In this document: positions 34,190 through 47,376 of the stretch, piece by piece
Numbering within the stretch: position 1 is the stretch's first letter
Layout of the letters: each line of letters opens with the position of its first letter
Assembly (NCBI GenBank): GCA_047495785.1
Contig: JBLDXI010000020.1
Coordinates: forward strand, 930,001 to 994,000
Reading direction: 5' to 3'
DNA length: 64,000 bases
Source: Lepidodermella squamata
Lineage: Eukaryota; Animalia; Gastrotricha
Notes under the pieces: generated by a model
What the model was told of the DNA's origin: nothing
What the model saw: the letters and a program-made list of their open reading frames with translations, nothing else
Database searches by the model: none
Position numbers and translations under genes: made by a program

Positions 34190-37100
34190 TTACGAATAAC
34201 CTTGAAATGTTTGATTAGTAGAATATGGATCATACGCACCGCCGGTTGCTGCTGGGTAATGCGCTTGATACTGTTCGGCTGTCAGGCCCAGGTAAGCTGC
34301 ATAAGCGTCCACAACAGCTGTTGAACCTCGGCGTGACCCGTAATAGTCATAGCTCGGAGGGGTTGGATTACTCCCAGCAGGGTCGTTCCCGTAAACGGGG
34401 GCCAAACCTGCAGTTGTAGGTGGACGTTGCCCTGGAATTCCGTACAAGTTGTTTGAGTCCACCGGATAGCCTTTGGCAACATGCGAAAATCCAGAGCCAG
34501 GCTTATTCGTGGTAACGGCTACCGGGATTGCTTCAGATGTCGGCCTGGGGCATATCAAAAGCAATTCAGGCAGGTTTGATAAATGTTTTAAAGCTCACGC
34601 TTGTTTGTCAGGGTTGGTAGCGTTAGGCTTGCAACATAGAAGGGTCAATTTTCCGATGCCAATCGCAATAAGGTCGATGAACAGCATAACATATTCCATC
34701 ATAGTCATAAACGTAAATCCGAAGAACAATCCTAAGAGAATTCAGATCAAGCAATAGCCCAAAAAAATGATAAAGCTGGAATACCGAAAATACCGCCAAG
34801 GTAAGACAATAAATCCGGAAGATTCAGCCATTCACTTGCAACAACGGTCTTTAAAGAAGAAAAGACTCCACCTTAATATTCATAACAAGATTTATGAAAT
34901 TAAACCTGATAGTTGAAGTCCCTATAGTAGATATAGACTTCTGCGAATTGATTTCCAATGATGTAGTCAGCCAGCTCGTAGTAAGAAGAGATCGGGTCAT
35001 GGAATTCTTCATTCGAGCACCCGTCCAAGTCATCAAGGATTTTGTAGCCTCCGCCTTGCTTCACCAAGAATTCGGAGTAAGCTTTCACATTCGAAGTATT
35101 CGTACAAGTCGCGTCTGAGCCATTGATCCTTTTGTTTATGATCGCCTTGATACTTTTGCACAGAGGAGACTAATGCATGCAACAGGAAAAAATAAAATCA
35201 AGATGAGAGAAAGCGAGTCTCACCAATGATTGGCTACTCGGGTTGGGCCACCGCATAACGCTTGTAGTCGCTGATATGGAATAGCCCCTACGAATGATTC
35301 GATCATGCTTTCATAGCCTTATTTGCCGAAGATTATAAGTATACCTGCAACTGTCAGGGCAGTCATCTGCGCAGCCCAGTGTATCCGCCATGTACATCTG
35401 CAATATTGTTTCTCGACAAGTCCACTGCGTCTCGTTTGAGTAAGAACAAGGCGAGGCTGTTACGTTGCCGCTATCGCTGAATGCTTTCCCCTGACTCGGG
35501 AATAGGAAATCGAAGCACTAGAAAATAGAAGATCGTAGTTTTAGAGTACTTTATACTAAATGGGATTACGTTGCAATTCTTAAGGACCTGCTTTTGATAG
35601 CAGGTTTTGTAACAACCTGAAGATGAGTATGTTGTCTCTAGTAAACGTGAATAGGCGTTGCGAGGGTCGTCAGCAACCCGGGCTGTCTCATCGATGCAAT
35701 CGCTGTAAGTAGCCGTGTAAAGTTCGTTCGTGACGCTCGCCAGTTGCTCAATGTAACTCAGCTGTAGCCCAATGTGTGTTGAAGTTCCTGTTGTCACGAA
35801 AATGCCACTTTCCTCTGGGAAAGGCATGTCAGTTTGATTGTGAATCACGATGCGCCAGCCAATCTTGAGAGAAAGCGAAATGAAGTTCAACTCAATTTTA
35901 CCCAAATTTGCATACTTGGGTCGTTTGCGGTAGGTAATATTCAGTGTTAGCGTTCAGTAGTAGGTAAAGCCCGTAAGTATCCCCAGGAAGCTTCGAGATC
36001 CTAATTGCACTGTCGCTAGTATTTCCCACCTTCAATTCGAACAGTTTTGTTGTTGAACCAGACGCCGGGCTTTCCTTCTCCAAATATCCACCATTGAACG
36101 TAAAGCAGTTTCCTATAACAATAGCGCAATCCTTCAGTAGGCAAAAAATCAATGATGCGAGCTTTTTTACCGAATTGGTTGTTCCAATGCCATTGTTTGA
36201 ACGAACTGCAACGAATTTCAAGTGAATCAAAGTCAAGCCCATCTATTTTATACTTACGTGCCAGGATCGCAAGACTCTCCACCGTACTGGCATTCTAAAA
36301 CCATGCTGAAATAAGATATATTAATCAGAGAACACTTTTCATCCAAGAACGAACTCGCATAGCTGATGACCTTTAACAAATGGACATTAGGAAATGTTAT
36401 TAGGGAAGGATCATTAGTGATACCGATTGAAGCGCGTTGTTCATAGGGAATTTTCGACGCTTTCTCCATCACTGTTAGCTGTTTTTGCATGTTCGGTGAG
36501 TAGTTTGGATATTTAGCGGGTTGAATGTTTGCTGCCGCAGCTCGCTGCTGGGGGCTGGGACCACCCTGCGGTGGTGGTTGAGGGGCGCCAGGAGGCGCAG
36601 GTCCGGAAGCAGGCCCAGGAGCAACTCCAGGTGCTGGTGCAGGTGGCGGCGCTTGTTGCTGCCTTTTGATGCGTCTCAGCTTGGCTTTTCTGCTAGCGGA
36701 GGAATCACTTTCCGGTGCATCAGCAGATCTTTTCCTTCTACCGGTCGGTGATGCCGGCGGACTTGCAGGTGGGCTCGAAGGTGGGCTCGCAGCAGGACTT
36801 GACGGAGGACTGGACGGAGGGCTCGACGGAGGGCTCGACAGCGGGCTGGACGGAGGGCTCGACGGCGGGCTGGACGGTGGGCTCGCAGGCGGACTAGATG
36901 GAGGGCTTGACGGTGGGCTCGCAGGAGGACTTGACGGAGGACTAGAAGGAGGGCTTGAAGGTGGGCTTGACGGAGGACTAGAAGGGCTGGAGGCCGGACT
37001 AGATGCAGGGCCAGATGCAGGACTAGATGCTGGGCCTGAAGCAGGGCCTGATGCAGGACTAGATGCAGGACTAGATGCAGGGCCTGATGCAGGACTAGAT

Positions 37101-37799
37101 GCTGGGCCTGAAGCAGGGCTGGATGCAGGACTGGATGCAGGACTAGATGCTGGGCCTGAAGCAGGGCCTGATGCAGGAACCGGAGAGCCAGAAGGGGATG
37201 CCCCGCCCGCTGGGGGTGCCGGTGCCGGGCTTGGACTGGGCGGCTTATTTGCAGCTTTGAACCCATCTGGATCATACCAATCATATGATACTGGGTTGTT
37301 GTTGCATACTGAATCAAAACAAAATTAATTTTCAGATATTCTCAATCCATCAAATCTTCAAAATTACGTGTTATTGCTGGGAAATAGAGTCGACGGGATG
37401 TTTGAACGGTAACGCTCGTTGTCGTTTGCCACGCGAGGAAATTTGTGAAGAAGAGCTGTAATGAAAATAATGCTTGTGTTCGATACAGTGAACTAAATAA
37501 AAAGCAAAGTCATAACAACAAAACTTACGTTCAACTGCCAATAGAGCAGCCAAGCCATGACACCGATGCTTGCTAGCCAGTACATTTTCTTAATGATTCC
37601 TGGCTGTTTCATGAGATGAGGGAAGCCTATAAAACCAGCGCAGTTAATGTCTCGAACGAGGATTGAAAGTTAACAGAAACGAACCAGCGAGAGTTGTCTC
37701 AGAAAAGAAGCTTCGCAAGAAACCCAGCACTTCAACATTGCGTACAGTGGCTCCCTCTGCTTCAGGTTCTGATACAAACAATCTGTACACTTGAACCAT
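34190..37799 (-). CDS. DEG/ENaC channel subunit 5 (about 14 introns) with long Pro/Ala/Ser repeat
   Basis: ETTLAGFP, FPAITLCNNNP, GRRKR...RRIKRQ, GNCFTFN, TM2 LSYLGGIFGLFFGFTFMTMME, tail PPSY. Confidence 0.92.
36755..37180 (-). repeat. Coding 12-nt minisatellite (PASG/PASS, then PSSP/PASP tetrapeptides) in subunit 5
   Basis: Tandem gatgcagggcct/gatgcaggacta and gacggagggctc-type units, read in frame on the minus strand between the WY motif and the furin site. Confidence 0.9.
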
Positions 37800-38191
37800 T
37801 TTAAAACTCAAAATCGTCCGCCTTTGCCTGCAGTATGACGTTGTAACTCAGCTTTCTATTATTACGAAGTGTTACCAGTGATGACATTAATTATTCATGT
37901 GAACCTCGGTTTTCTTGAAATCAATAAGAGGCGCCGTTGCACCTTTGCGTATATTGTTCTAAGTGCAGCTTGATCACAGTCGGAATAACTTATGCTTCTT
38001 ATCAAAAAGTAATGTTTGCAACAATTGATCGATTGCGTAGCAACCATTCCGAAAATACTTGCAAAAACTGGATTATAAAAACCACTACGCATTAAAAGCT
38101 AAGCAAAAGCTGATAATAGTTCAAATATTCACAGCGAATTCAACTCAAACTGAGAGACAATATACAGCAATTACAGTGATGTTTTTCAAGC

Positions 38192-40710
38192 TTAAAATTT
38201 GAACTGTTGAGGAGCCAGCGGTGATTTGCTGTTTTCCTTAACGTGTGGATGGACAATGTTCTCAGAAGCTTTACGGCGTGGCGCTTTCTCGTCTTTGCTA
38301 ACAGAAACATGGATGGTACCTTCGTCAGTATCCCTACTTTAGTTTGCAAGTAACATTCATTGTGAAATCAAAGAATGACTCATACCTTAAATTATCGTCA
38401 GATGACGAGGTTGCTACTGATGAACCACGCTTGTTTTGTTCAGATTCTGAATGCCGCATTTTGACCGACATACAGCATTTGGCAATTGCAATTACAATCA
38501 GATCGATCACGAACAGCACGTACTCGCAGAGAGTTAACATGGTGAATCCGAAAAACAAGCCTGTGGGAAGCAAAATTAGATAGAAAGGGCAACAGATTTA
38601 GACGTTCCATGCGCCTACCAACAATGCCACCGAGATAAGCGATAAGATCGCCGATTTCAATCAATTCAGTCTCTATGATGGCTTGATGCTTAAAATCTAT
38701 ATCGATAGATTAATTAGTTCCATACAAAAAGAGAGAACTATTCCTACCGTTGTAGTACACAAAGACTTCGGCGAATTGATTGCTAATCATGTAAGCGATA
38801 TCGTCCTGGTTGTTCGACGCGATGGAGACTGAGCACTGTTTCAAGTCGTTAAACATCTGAAAACCAGGGGAGTGTCATATATTGCTAAGCACGAATGAAG
38901 GCTAGATACCTTGCTTGTGGATCCTTTCTTGTACTCTTGGGCGATTATCGATGCGGAGCAGTTAGTGCCATTTTGCGAGGCAATTGCTTTCAGTTTATCA
39001 TAGAGCTCACCGCAAACTTTGATCTGTTAGAGGACAAGTAAGTGGGAAACATTTCTGACGTGGATTCTTACCAGTGTTAGGCCTTCATCCGCAGGCCATT
39101 TAAGCATCGATACAGTTGTGTCGTATGAAAAGCTCCTACAACATAGAACAGGAAAAGTATAGCGAGATGCAACAAAGAAACTTCTCAGCCATACGTGCAC
39201 GTATCAGGACAACTGCAGGGCAGCTTGTTATCGATATAATCTTGCCAGATGCCCATTTTACACGTCCCTGTAGAAAATGGGACAATTAAATCATCTGTTT
39301 TAGGTGATTGTGCCACGTACACAGCGTTTCATTTTTGAAACTGCATAAAGGTAGGCTCCGATAGCCTGGGACGGATTTGAAGGCGCTGCCATTGTTCGGG
39401 AAGGAGTAATCGTAACATCCACAGCTTTTCATTACCGTCAGGCTGTAACACGTTTTGAGACACGCTTCTGGTGTATAGGCAACCTCTAGAAAGTTCGAAA
39501 ACGCGTTTATCGGATCGTCACTTTGCAGGCCATCGGAATCAACGCATTCGCTATAATTGGCCGTGTACAAACCATTGCTAACCAGCCCGAGCTTTTTCAT
39601 ATAACTCATTTTGATGCCAACGTTGGTCGAAGTCCCAGGCATTATGAAGATACCCTGTTCGTCAGGAAACGGCATCGCTGTTTGATTGTGAACGACTAGA
39701 CGCCAGCCAACTTGCGATGTGGTGTACAGCGAGTGATCCAAGTCGGCATGAAGAAGTAACCTCAATCCATACGAATTTCCAGTTTGTGTCGCCTTACGAA
39801 CGCCTGGTTTCGCAGCATTACTTCCGCCGGTTTTCATTTCCCAAGCTGATACATTCTCGTCCCTTAGTGGGCTATCTGCCTTCTTGTAGCCAGCGTTGAA
39901 CGTCCAGCAGCTTCCGTATTTCGGCGACCAAAACCATGTCGAAAATTCTCTGAAAAAACTATCTTTTGAGGACCGCCTTTGGCTAATAATTCTGACTTAC
40001 GAAGCCACGTCACAATCCTGTCCATTGTAGGTGCACTGCAAGACTATGTCGCAGAGTGAATGACCGGCGATTGATCTATTGCGATAAGGAACGACGGCGG
40101 CCAACTCCATGATTGAATACATGTTTGAGAACGACGAGTCGAAATTAGGCATTGTAATGATCTTGTTGTTGTTGTTATTATTGTTATTGTTATTGCTGTT
40201 CCCACCGCCCTTGTTTTTTGGGGTTGTAGTGACAGACTTGGCAGCCTGTCGTCTCTTTCGCCTGAACTGATCATCTGGAGGTGGCGGCATCGCTGAATTA
40301 TTTGCACTTGAGAACCAACCTCTTGTAACAGCATTGTTATTGCATAGTCTAAAAAGTTGACAGAATCTAAGAATATAGACATAAGGGCCTAGATCAAACT
40401 CTTACGTTATCGCTGGGAAGTCCAGCTGTCGAACAGATTCGATAGTCACAGCGGTCGTGGCCTGCCATCGAAGAAGTTTCGAGAAGAAGAGGTCCAGTTC
40501 CCAGATCAAACCCGCCAAAGAAAGTCCGATGCAAACAATCCAGAACAGCTTCCTCAGGATTCCCGCATGTTTTATGAGAGTTGGAAATCCCTGAAGCGTT
40601 GTCTCTCGAAAGAAGCTGCGAGCGTATTCCTTGAAATTCACATCTGTTATCCTGACAGGAATGTCATCTCTTTCAAGGTATTGCAAGCGGAACCAGTCTA
40701 GCTTGCGCAT
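38192..40710 (-). CDS. DEG/ENaC channel subunit 6 (about 9 introns)
   Basis: ETTLQGFP, FPAITLCNNN, RRKRRQ, poly-Asn, GSCWTFN, TM2 IAYLGGIVGLFFGFTMLTLCE. Confidence 0.92.
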
Positions 40711-41366
40711 TGAAGTCCTCTTGGAATTAGACCGAAAAAACGGAAACTGACCCAGCGGAAACGCGGAAAAACACGACTACAGACTTTTTGAATTTCCCTA
40801 GCGGTTCATAAAAGCTAACGATCGATTGGAAGCCCATACGTCAGCAAACACTTTTGGTCGCTTTGAAGCTTGGATGAGCACAGCTGACTCTGTTTTATAG
40901 TTCATAAAACGCCTTATCGATTAATGCAAAGCTTTTTAGGCGCTGTTCCAATCAGCAGTAGCTACGAACCTGGATTAAAAGTACCATGGAAGCACTGATC
41001 ATTGAAAATCTTCCATGCGCAATATTCAATCCCGAAATCATTTTGCGCTCATGTACCTCTTTCACTGAGTAAATTACAACAGAACGTTACCAATAATATT
41101 TCTTGAATGTTCATTATTGCAAGCCTGGAAAATTGTCCCAAAAGCAGGATGGCCAAAAGCTGGAAAAGCATATGTCACCTAACTTTTCATGAGTAATTCT
41201 GTATGAGTTTCCAGTTGTTCGAAACCGCTGGATTCAGGTCGTTAAAAAGGAACACGGCTGCCTACCCCATTGATCATAATTTACTCAAAAATTGAATGTC
41301 AAAATATTTTGAAAATCATTCGTGATTTTAAGTTATTCGTCAACCAAAGGGACAGGAAAATTCCGT

Positions 41367-43847
41367 TCAGCGATACATCTGGCTCTGCACCATAGACGGA
41401 TAAGGCTTGAACTCAAGGTTAGTCACGGGTCGCCCAAACGCAGTCGATCGATGATGAACCATTCCACTATCCGGTAAGGGCGGCTGGTTGTTGTAAGGTG
41501 GCTGCATTTGTTCTTGCCACATTGCTGCTCGCGACCTCGTCATAGGACCTTGCATTTCAAGAATCGGCTGCTTTGCCAAGCTGTTAGCACTAGACTTCCG
41601 TTTCTTGGAACATCGCCCAATTCCAATCAGAATGAAATCAATCAACAGTTGTACGTACTCGAAAAGAGTCATAAATGTGAACCCGAAAAATAGACCGACA
41701 GTGCCTCCGAAATAAGCAATCAAGTCGTGCAGGGCCATGTTTTCGTTTTCAACAATTGTTTGATAGTTGAACTCCTTGAAGAATACATATACCTCAGCGT
41801 ACTGCCCGCCGACACCAATCGCAGCCCATTGAGGTTCGGTGGTAAGCTCCCATTTAGTTGAATCCTGGTAAGGAGCTCCGGCTCGGCAAACTCCCATTTT
41901 CTTTGCAGCCGAGGGTATTCCGTCAGTTTCCTCAGCTGCTGACACCGTTAAATAGGTGTAGCCATCGCATTTCGAATCAGAACCGTTACCCCGAGCAGCC
42001 AGTATTTCGTAGATTTCGTCGCAAACCATCATAAGAGAATCTCCAGATGACACTGGCCATTTAAGACGAGAAACAGCTGTTTTGTAAGAATAGTCAGTAC
42101 ACGTATCAGGACAAGAGCACGGCAGCGTTCCTGCTTTAAAATCAGCAATGACGCCCTCTTTACATACCCACGATGACCCAGTCGTCACATTGTAATAACA
42201 AGGATCAAGATCAGCGTAGTCTTCGAATGCTTTGCCCATGTTTGGGTAGTAAAAGTCATAGCAACCACACGTATCCATCACGTATTTTTGATAACATGTC
42301 TTGATGCAAGCAGATTTGGTATACGAAACTTCCATGATACTAGTATAAGCATTTTTGGGGTCGTCCGGGATATATGTCGATGCGTCTATGCAGTCGCTGT
42401 ATGGAGCATCGTACAGGACAGTCGAGACTACGCCAAGTCGCTTGATGTAGCTCATCGAAACGCCAATGCGGGTAGAGGTTCCAGGCATTATTTCGATTCC
42501 GTTCTCCTCGGGGAAGGGCATCTCCGTCTGGTTGTGTACAATCAATCGCCAGCCAACAGTCTTGGTCGTATTCATGTAATGATCAATATCTGCAGCATAT
42601 ACTTAGATTCCCTCTCTCAATGATTGAGGATGAAACTTACCAGAGTTTAAGAGAAGATAAAGGCCGTACTGATCGCCAGGAATACCGGAGTAGCGAACAC
42701 CTGATCTATCCGCTCCGACCTTTATATCCCAGGTTTTGTCACTTTTCGAAGTTGTATCAGCTTTGGCGTAGCCTGAATTAAACGTGTAGCAGTTGCCATA
42801 ATGTGGGTTCCAGTGCCATGTGCTTAGGTTCCTGAGAATTCAGTAAGTCTACAACATAATTTCAATGGTGATGCTGAACACATACGTTGGTATGATGAGA
42901 TCGGAACCTTGCCACCTAGCTGTTAATACCATATCGCACAATTGGTGGCCGGCAAGTGAACGGTTTTGATACGGGACGGTGCATGCCTTTGCTTGAATTG
43001 CCATCATACTCTCCAAAGAAGAAGATAGGCTTTTTGCGACTGAGCTTTTTACAGAGTCCGCGAAAGCCGCACCACCACCACCACCGGCGGGTCCTTGCTG
43101 TGGGCCTGGTTGCTGCTGCTGGCTCGGCATCATTCCTGGCCCCACCGACGGCCCAGCTTGACGCTGAAAGGAGAAGTTTTGAGACCATTCAACTCAGATC
43201 ATTTGGCTGAAACACATACCTTACGCCTCCCTGGGTTGGGTGCAGGTGGCTGTCCTCCCATGCCTCCGGTAGAACCTATACCAGTCGCACCTCCCCCACC
43301 ACCTGAAGCACCCGAGACTCCATTTACTACCGCCTGGGCAGCGGGCTGCCCCGACTGAACACCGTTTCCCGCCGACTGAACTGCGGGCCCCACTGGACCA
43401 GCAGCACCTCCAGCCGGTCCTGGAGGTGGTGGTTGAAACATAGATGCGCTTGAACCTCCATCTTCATACCAGTCAGTAGTAACCTGTGATACAATCAATA
43501 TTGGAAATCAAGCACTAATTATCATTATCTACCGGATTATTATTGCAGATCGTCACTGCTGGGAAAGGAAGCTGTCGAGCAGTTTCAATCGAAATGGCTG
43601 TATTTGCTTGCCAGCTTAGAAATTTCGTTAGAAAAGCTTGCATCTGCCATTCCAGACCAAGGGTGCATAAAATTATAGCTGATATCCAGAAGCATTTTTT
43701 GAAAATTCCTGGTTGCTTTACTAGCGGAGCAACACCCTGAAGAGACGTTTCATAGAAGAACGTTTTCAACCAATGCTTCACGTGGACATCGTTATAGTGC
43801 TGCGGCTCGAATTCTTCGTCTGGCACGTAATATCTCCAAAATAACAT
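41367..43847 (-). CDS. DEG/ENaC channel subunit 7 (about 4 introns)
   Basis: ETSLQGVA, FPAVTICNNNP, GRRK|RQ across an intron, a 1.2-kb final exon, TM2 IAYFGGTVGLFFGFTFMTLFE. Confidence 0.93.
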
Positions 43848-44175
43848 GACTTTTTCTCAAAATTATCTGATGGTAAACTAAGTTTCGAACTACTATTAAA
43901 TTCGTTATTTTTCCAGGATTTACATTGATCGTCATTATTGATTGCTCCAAATGGATGTAAATTTTTTATGTCTAAGTGCTCGCTATTGGCACACAGGGAA
44001 TGTTGGGGGCGCGATTGAAACACACTGTTGTTTAGCAACACAAATGTTTTCAAAAATGTTTTTATTTGAAAAAAACTGCAAGATAAACGAGGTTAAAGAC
44101 ATTGATTTTCACCCAAACGAAACGGATTAAACAGTGAAGTCGGTTTCTGTGTGGTTTAGAGTGCGATGAACTGCG

Positions 44176-47157
44176 TTAATACCGATGGGAATACGGGTAG
44201 AGATTCGACGGCCCTGCTGCGTGAAATGTGTTGGCGGCCTGTTCAGCCAGAGTTTGCGTGATTGACCTTGAAAATTTTACATAAATTCCAGAAATTTCAA
44301 ATAAAATGATTCAGCATTACCTTCGACGAGGCTGATATTGAGCTTTCATGTTGTTGTAAGTGGAGTCTTCGGATTCCAGAGGTTTTTTCTCCGACGTGAA
44401 GCGGCCAACGAAAACTACAATTAAATCGATCAGGAGTTGAATGTATTCGAATAGAGTCATGAACGAAAAGCCGAAGAACAGGCCAAGGATGCCTCCGAAA
44501 TACGCAATAACATCAGTCAGCGCAACGTTTTGACTTTCGATGATAGTCTGATAGTTGAAGTCTTTATAGAAAATGTAAACCTCGCCGAACTGGCTGCCGA
44601 TTGCGAACTGGGAATAATCGGACGCTTTGTAGTAGAGCGGTGGATAGGGCGCAATTAAAACACAAGCCTCGCATTTTCTAACCAACGGTGCCATACCACT
44701 CGAAGCTTTCAACCGTTGCGTTACTAAATAGGATGTACTGTTACACGTCGTATCATTGCTCTTGGATCTTTTATCCAAAATATCGTAGAGCTCGGAACAG
44801 ATGAGTTGCAATGTTTTCTTATTCGACATCGGCCACTTCAGGTTGGCTATAGTTGTATCGAAAGAGTATGCTTTGCAGGTATCCGGGCAATCGCATTTAA
44901 CATCGGTGTCGCGAAAGATTTTCGCGTAAGTAGCCTTGCAGTTCCATAGTGTATTGTTAGTTTTATCGTAGGCACAAGGTGGAACGTCTTTATAGTCCTT
45001 AAAGGCTGTCCCGATGTTCGGATAATAGATGTCGTAGCACGAGCAGTATTTCATTATGTACTGCTGATAGCAGGTCTTCAAACACGCTGGTTTCGAGTAG
45101 GAAACTTCCAGCAAATTTGTGTAAGCGTTCTTTTCGTCGTCAATGTTCAGCTCGGTCGCATCGACGCAGTCGCTGTAAGGCGCGTTGTAAAGAACATTAT
45201 CGACGACGCCCAAACGTTCGATGTAGCTCATGGAGATGCCGATTCTGGACGAGGTGCCAGGAGCTATGAAGACGCCACTCTCTTCGGGAAACGGCATTTC
45301 AGTTTGATTGTGAATTACAACTCTCCAGCCTATTTGAGTCGTCGTATTGGTATAGTGATCCTTATCTAAAATAAATCGTATTAATTTGACATAGTTAAAG
45401 GGAAGCTCAATATACCTGAGTTAAGGAGTAGATAGAGGCCATACATATCGCCCGATTGTGCTGAAGTTTTGATGCCGTCGCCATTCGGGCCACCTTTTTT
45501 GATAGTCCATGTATCCTTGTAGTTCGAAGCAGGGCTTTCAGCTTTGGTGTATCCGGCGTTGAATGTGTAACAGTTTCCTAATAAAGAGAGTTTGAACGGT
45601 GCTTATTCTCACTTATTTCGGGAATTTACCATAGAATGGATTCCAATGCCAGGTCTTGAATGCTCTGATAGAAACAAAGCAATATTTTCATAAATGAGAA
45701 GGCGTTGAACTCACGTTCCAGGATCGATAGTTGCGCCCTGCCAAGTTGCCGAAAGAATCATATCACACAGCTAAGAAATCATACGAAATTTGAAACTGGG
45801 AGAATCACAAGTGAGTTTTCTAACCTGGTGTCCAGCCAGCGATCTATTTTGGTATGGGAGACTGCAGGCCGCTGTCTGAATGAGGACGCGGCTTTCGAAA
45901 GAAGCTGCCAAGTTCTGTTTGACGGCGGACGCATCGGTTCTAGTTCCTGGTGGGCCGGGCTGTGCTCCAGGTGGTGGTGGTCCTGGCAAAGCGCCAACAG
46001 GGCCGGTTGGAACTTGTCGCTAAGATACTATTTTGATGATCCGTGCTAAGATTTTACAGATCGCCTTACCTTCTTTCGACCTGACGGCGGCGGTGGAGGC
46101 ATCCCAGCCGGTCCCGCCGCGGCTGCTTTGGTAGTTGCACCTGGGCCGACCGGGTTAGTCGCTCCCCCACCAGCTGCAGGAGTGCCCGCTGGTGGTGCAG
46201 GAGTCGCTCCTCCTGATGCAGGTTGCGTTCCGCCAGTACCAGCAGGGGGGCCGGATGCCCCTTGCATTTGGCCACCGGGAGTTGTAGCACCTGCAGAAGG
46301 AGGGTTGCCTCCACTTGGGCCTGGAGCCATTGCTCCTGTGACAGCTCCGGATGCGGCTTGACTTTGACCACTCGCGGGACCACTGGTTGCCCCTGGACCA
46401 CTAGGTACCCCAGGGCCACTGGGTACACCAGGACCACTAGGAACACCAGGACCACTGGGCACACCAGGACTACTAGGTACCCCAGGACTACTAACACCAG
46501 GACCGCTAGGTACACCAGGACCACTAGGTACACCAGGACTACTCGGTACGCCAGGACCACTAGGTACCCCAGGACTACTAACACCAGGACCGCTAGGTAC
46601 ACTAGGACCACTAGGTACACCAGGACTACTCGGTACGCCAGGACCACTAGGTGCACCAGGACCACTGGGTACACCGGGACCACTAGGTGCACCAGGACCA
46701 CTTGCTGCGCCAGGACCAGATTGCTGGTTTGATGTCGAGAAAATGTCATAGTCAGCTGCGCCCCCATACCAATCTGTCGTAACCTGGGAAAAGGCCAAAT
46801 AATGAGTGATTGAAAACTTTAAACTCTTTGAAGACCGACTGGATTATTATTGCAGATTGTTATAGCCGGGAAAGGCAACTGCCGGGCAGTTTCCAACGAA
46901 ATTGCCGTGTTTGCTTGCCAAGTAAGGAAAGAGCCGAGGAACGCAGCCACCTCCCAGTAAAGGCCAAGAGCACACACGATTATTCCTGCAACCCAAAACA
47001 GTTTTTTGAAAAGACCAGGTTGTTTTGCAAGCATCGGCACTCCGGCCAAGGTTGACTCTCGAAAGAATGTATCGAGCCATCCGCCCACGTTTACCTCACG
47101 ATACTCCTGGAACTCAGGCTCCTCAGCCTTAACGAAATAACCCCACAGCATCGGCAT
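44176..47157 (-). CDS. DEG/ENaC channel subunit 8 (about 7 introns) with SGPGVP repeat
   Basis: ESTLAGVP, FPAITICNNNP, GRKK|RQ across an intron, TM2 IAYFGGILGLFFGFSFMTLFE. Confidence 0.93.
46375..46720 (-). repeat. Coding 18-nt minisatellite (SGPGVP/SSPGVP) with an 87-nt higher-order duplication
   Basis: Tandem ccaggaccactaggtaca-type units. 46473-46559 is repeated at 46560-46646 with about one mismatch. Confidence 0.9.
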
Positions 47158-47376
47158 GTTCACCACTATAAGATGAAAGAACTGCTTTCATCAAATTTCC
47201 GAAACCCAATGAAAAAATCACAGTTTTAATTATTAATATCTTTGAGTGCTTCTGATCACAACGCGACAATTATCGATCTGTTAATGGCGTATGGCCTATC
47301 AATATTTTACATGTCCAACTTCAATTCAAAAATTTACAGTTCACGCAAGTAATCGATGAGAAATAAGTTAAGGATG

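Noticed and set aside
36666-37328. Plus-strand ORF with GGLD/AGLD repeats (220 aa)
   Set aside because: Antisense shadow of the Pro/Ala/Ser repeat exon of ENaC gene 5. The minus frame carries the conserved CNNNP and furin motifs.
29255-37850. Shared tgacgttgt motif upstream of ENaC genes 3 and 5
   Set aside because: Only 9 nt, at different distances and not found at the other paralogs; could be chance.
40160-40200. Poly-Asn (AAC/AAT) microsatellite in ENaC gene 6
   Set aside because: Ordinary coding trinucleotide run, already covered by the low-complexity insert finding.
36755-46720. Regular short repeats as a possible CRISPR array
   Set aside because: Head-to-tail coding minisatellites with no unique spacers and no cas genes, in an intron-containing eukaryotic context.
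46066-46767. Very hydrophobic LVVLV-repeat ORF and the TTRY-repeat antisense ORF
   Set aside because: Alternative-frame products of the 18-nt coding repeat; stop-free only because the repeat unit lacks stops.
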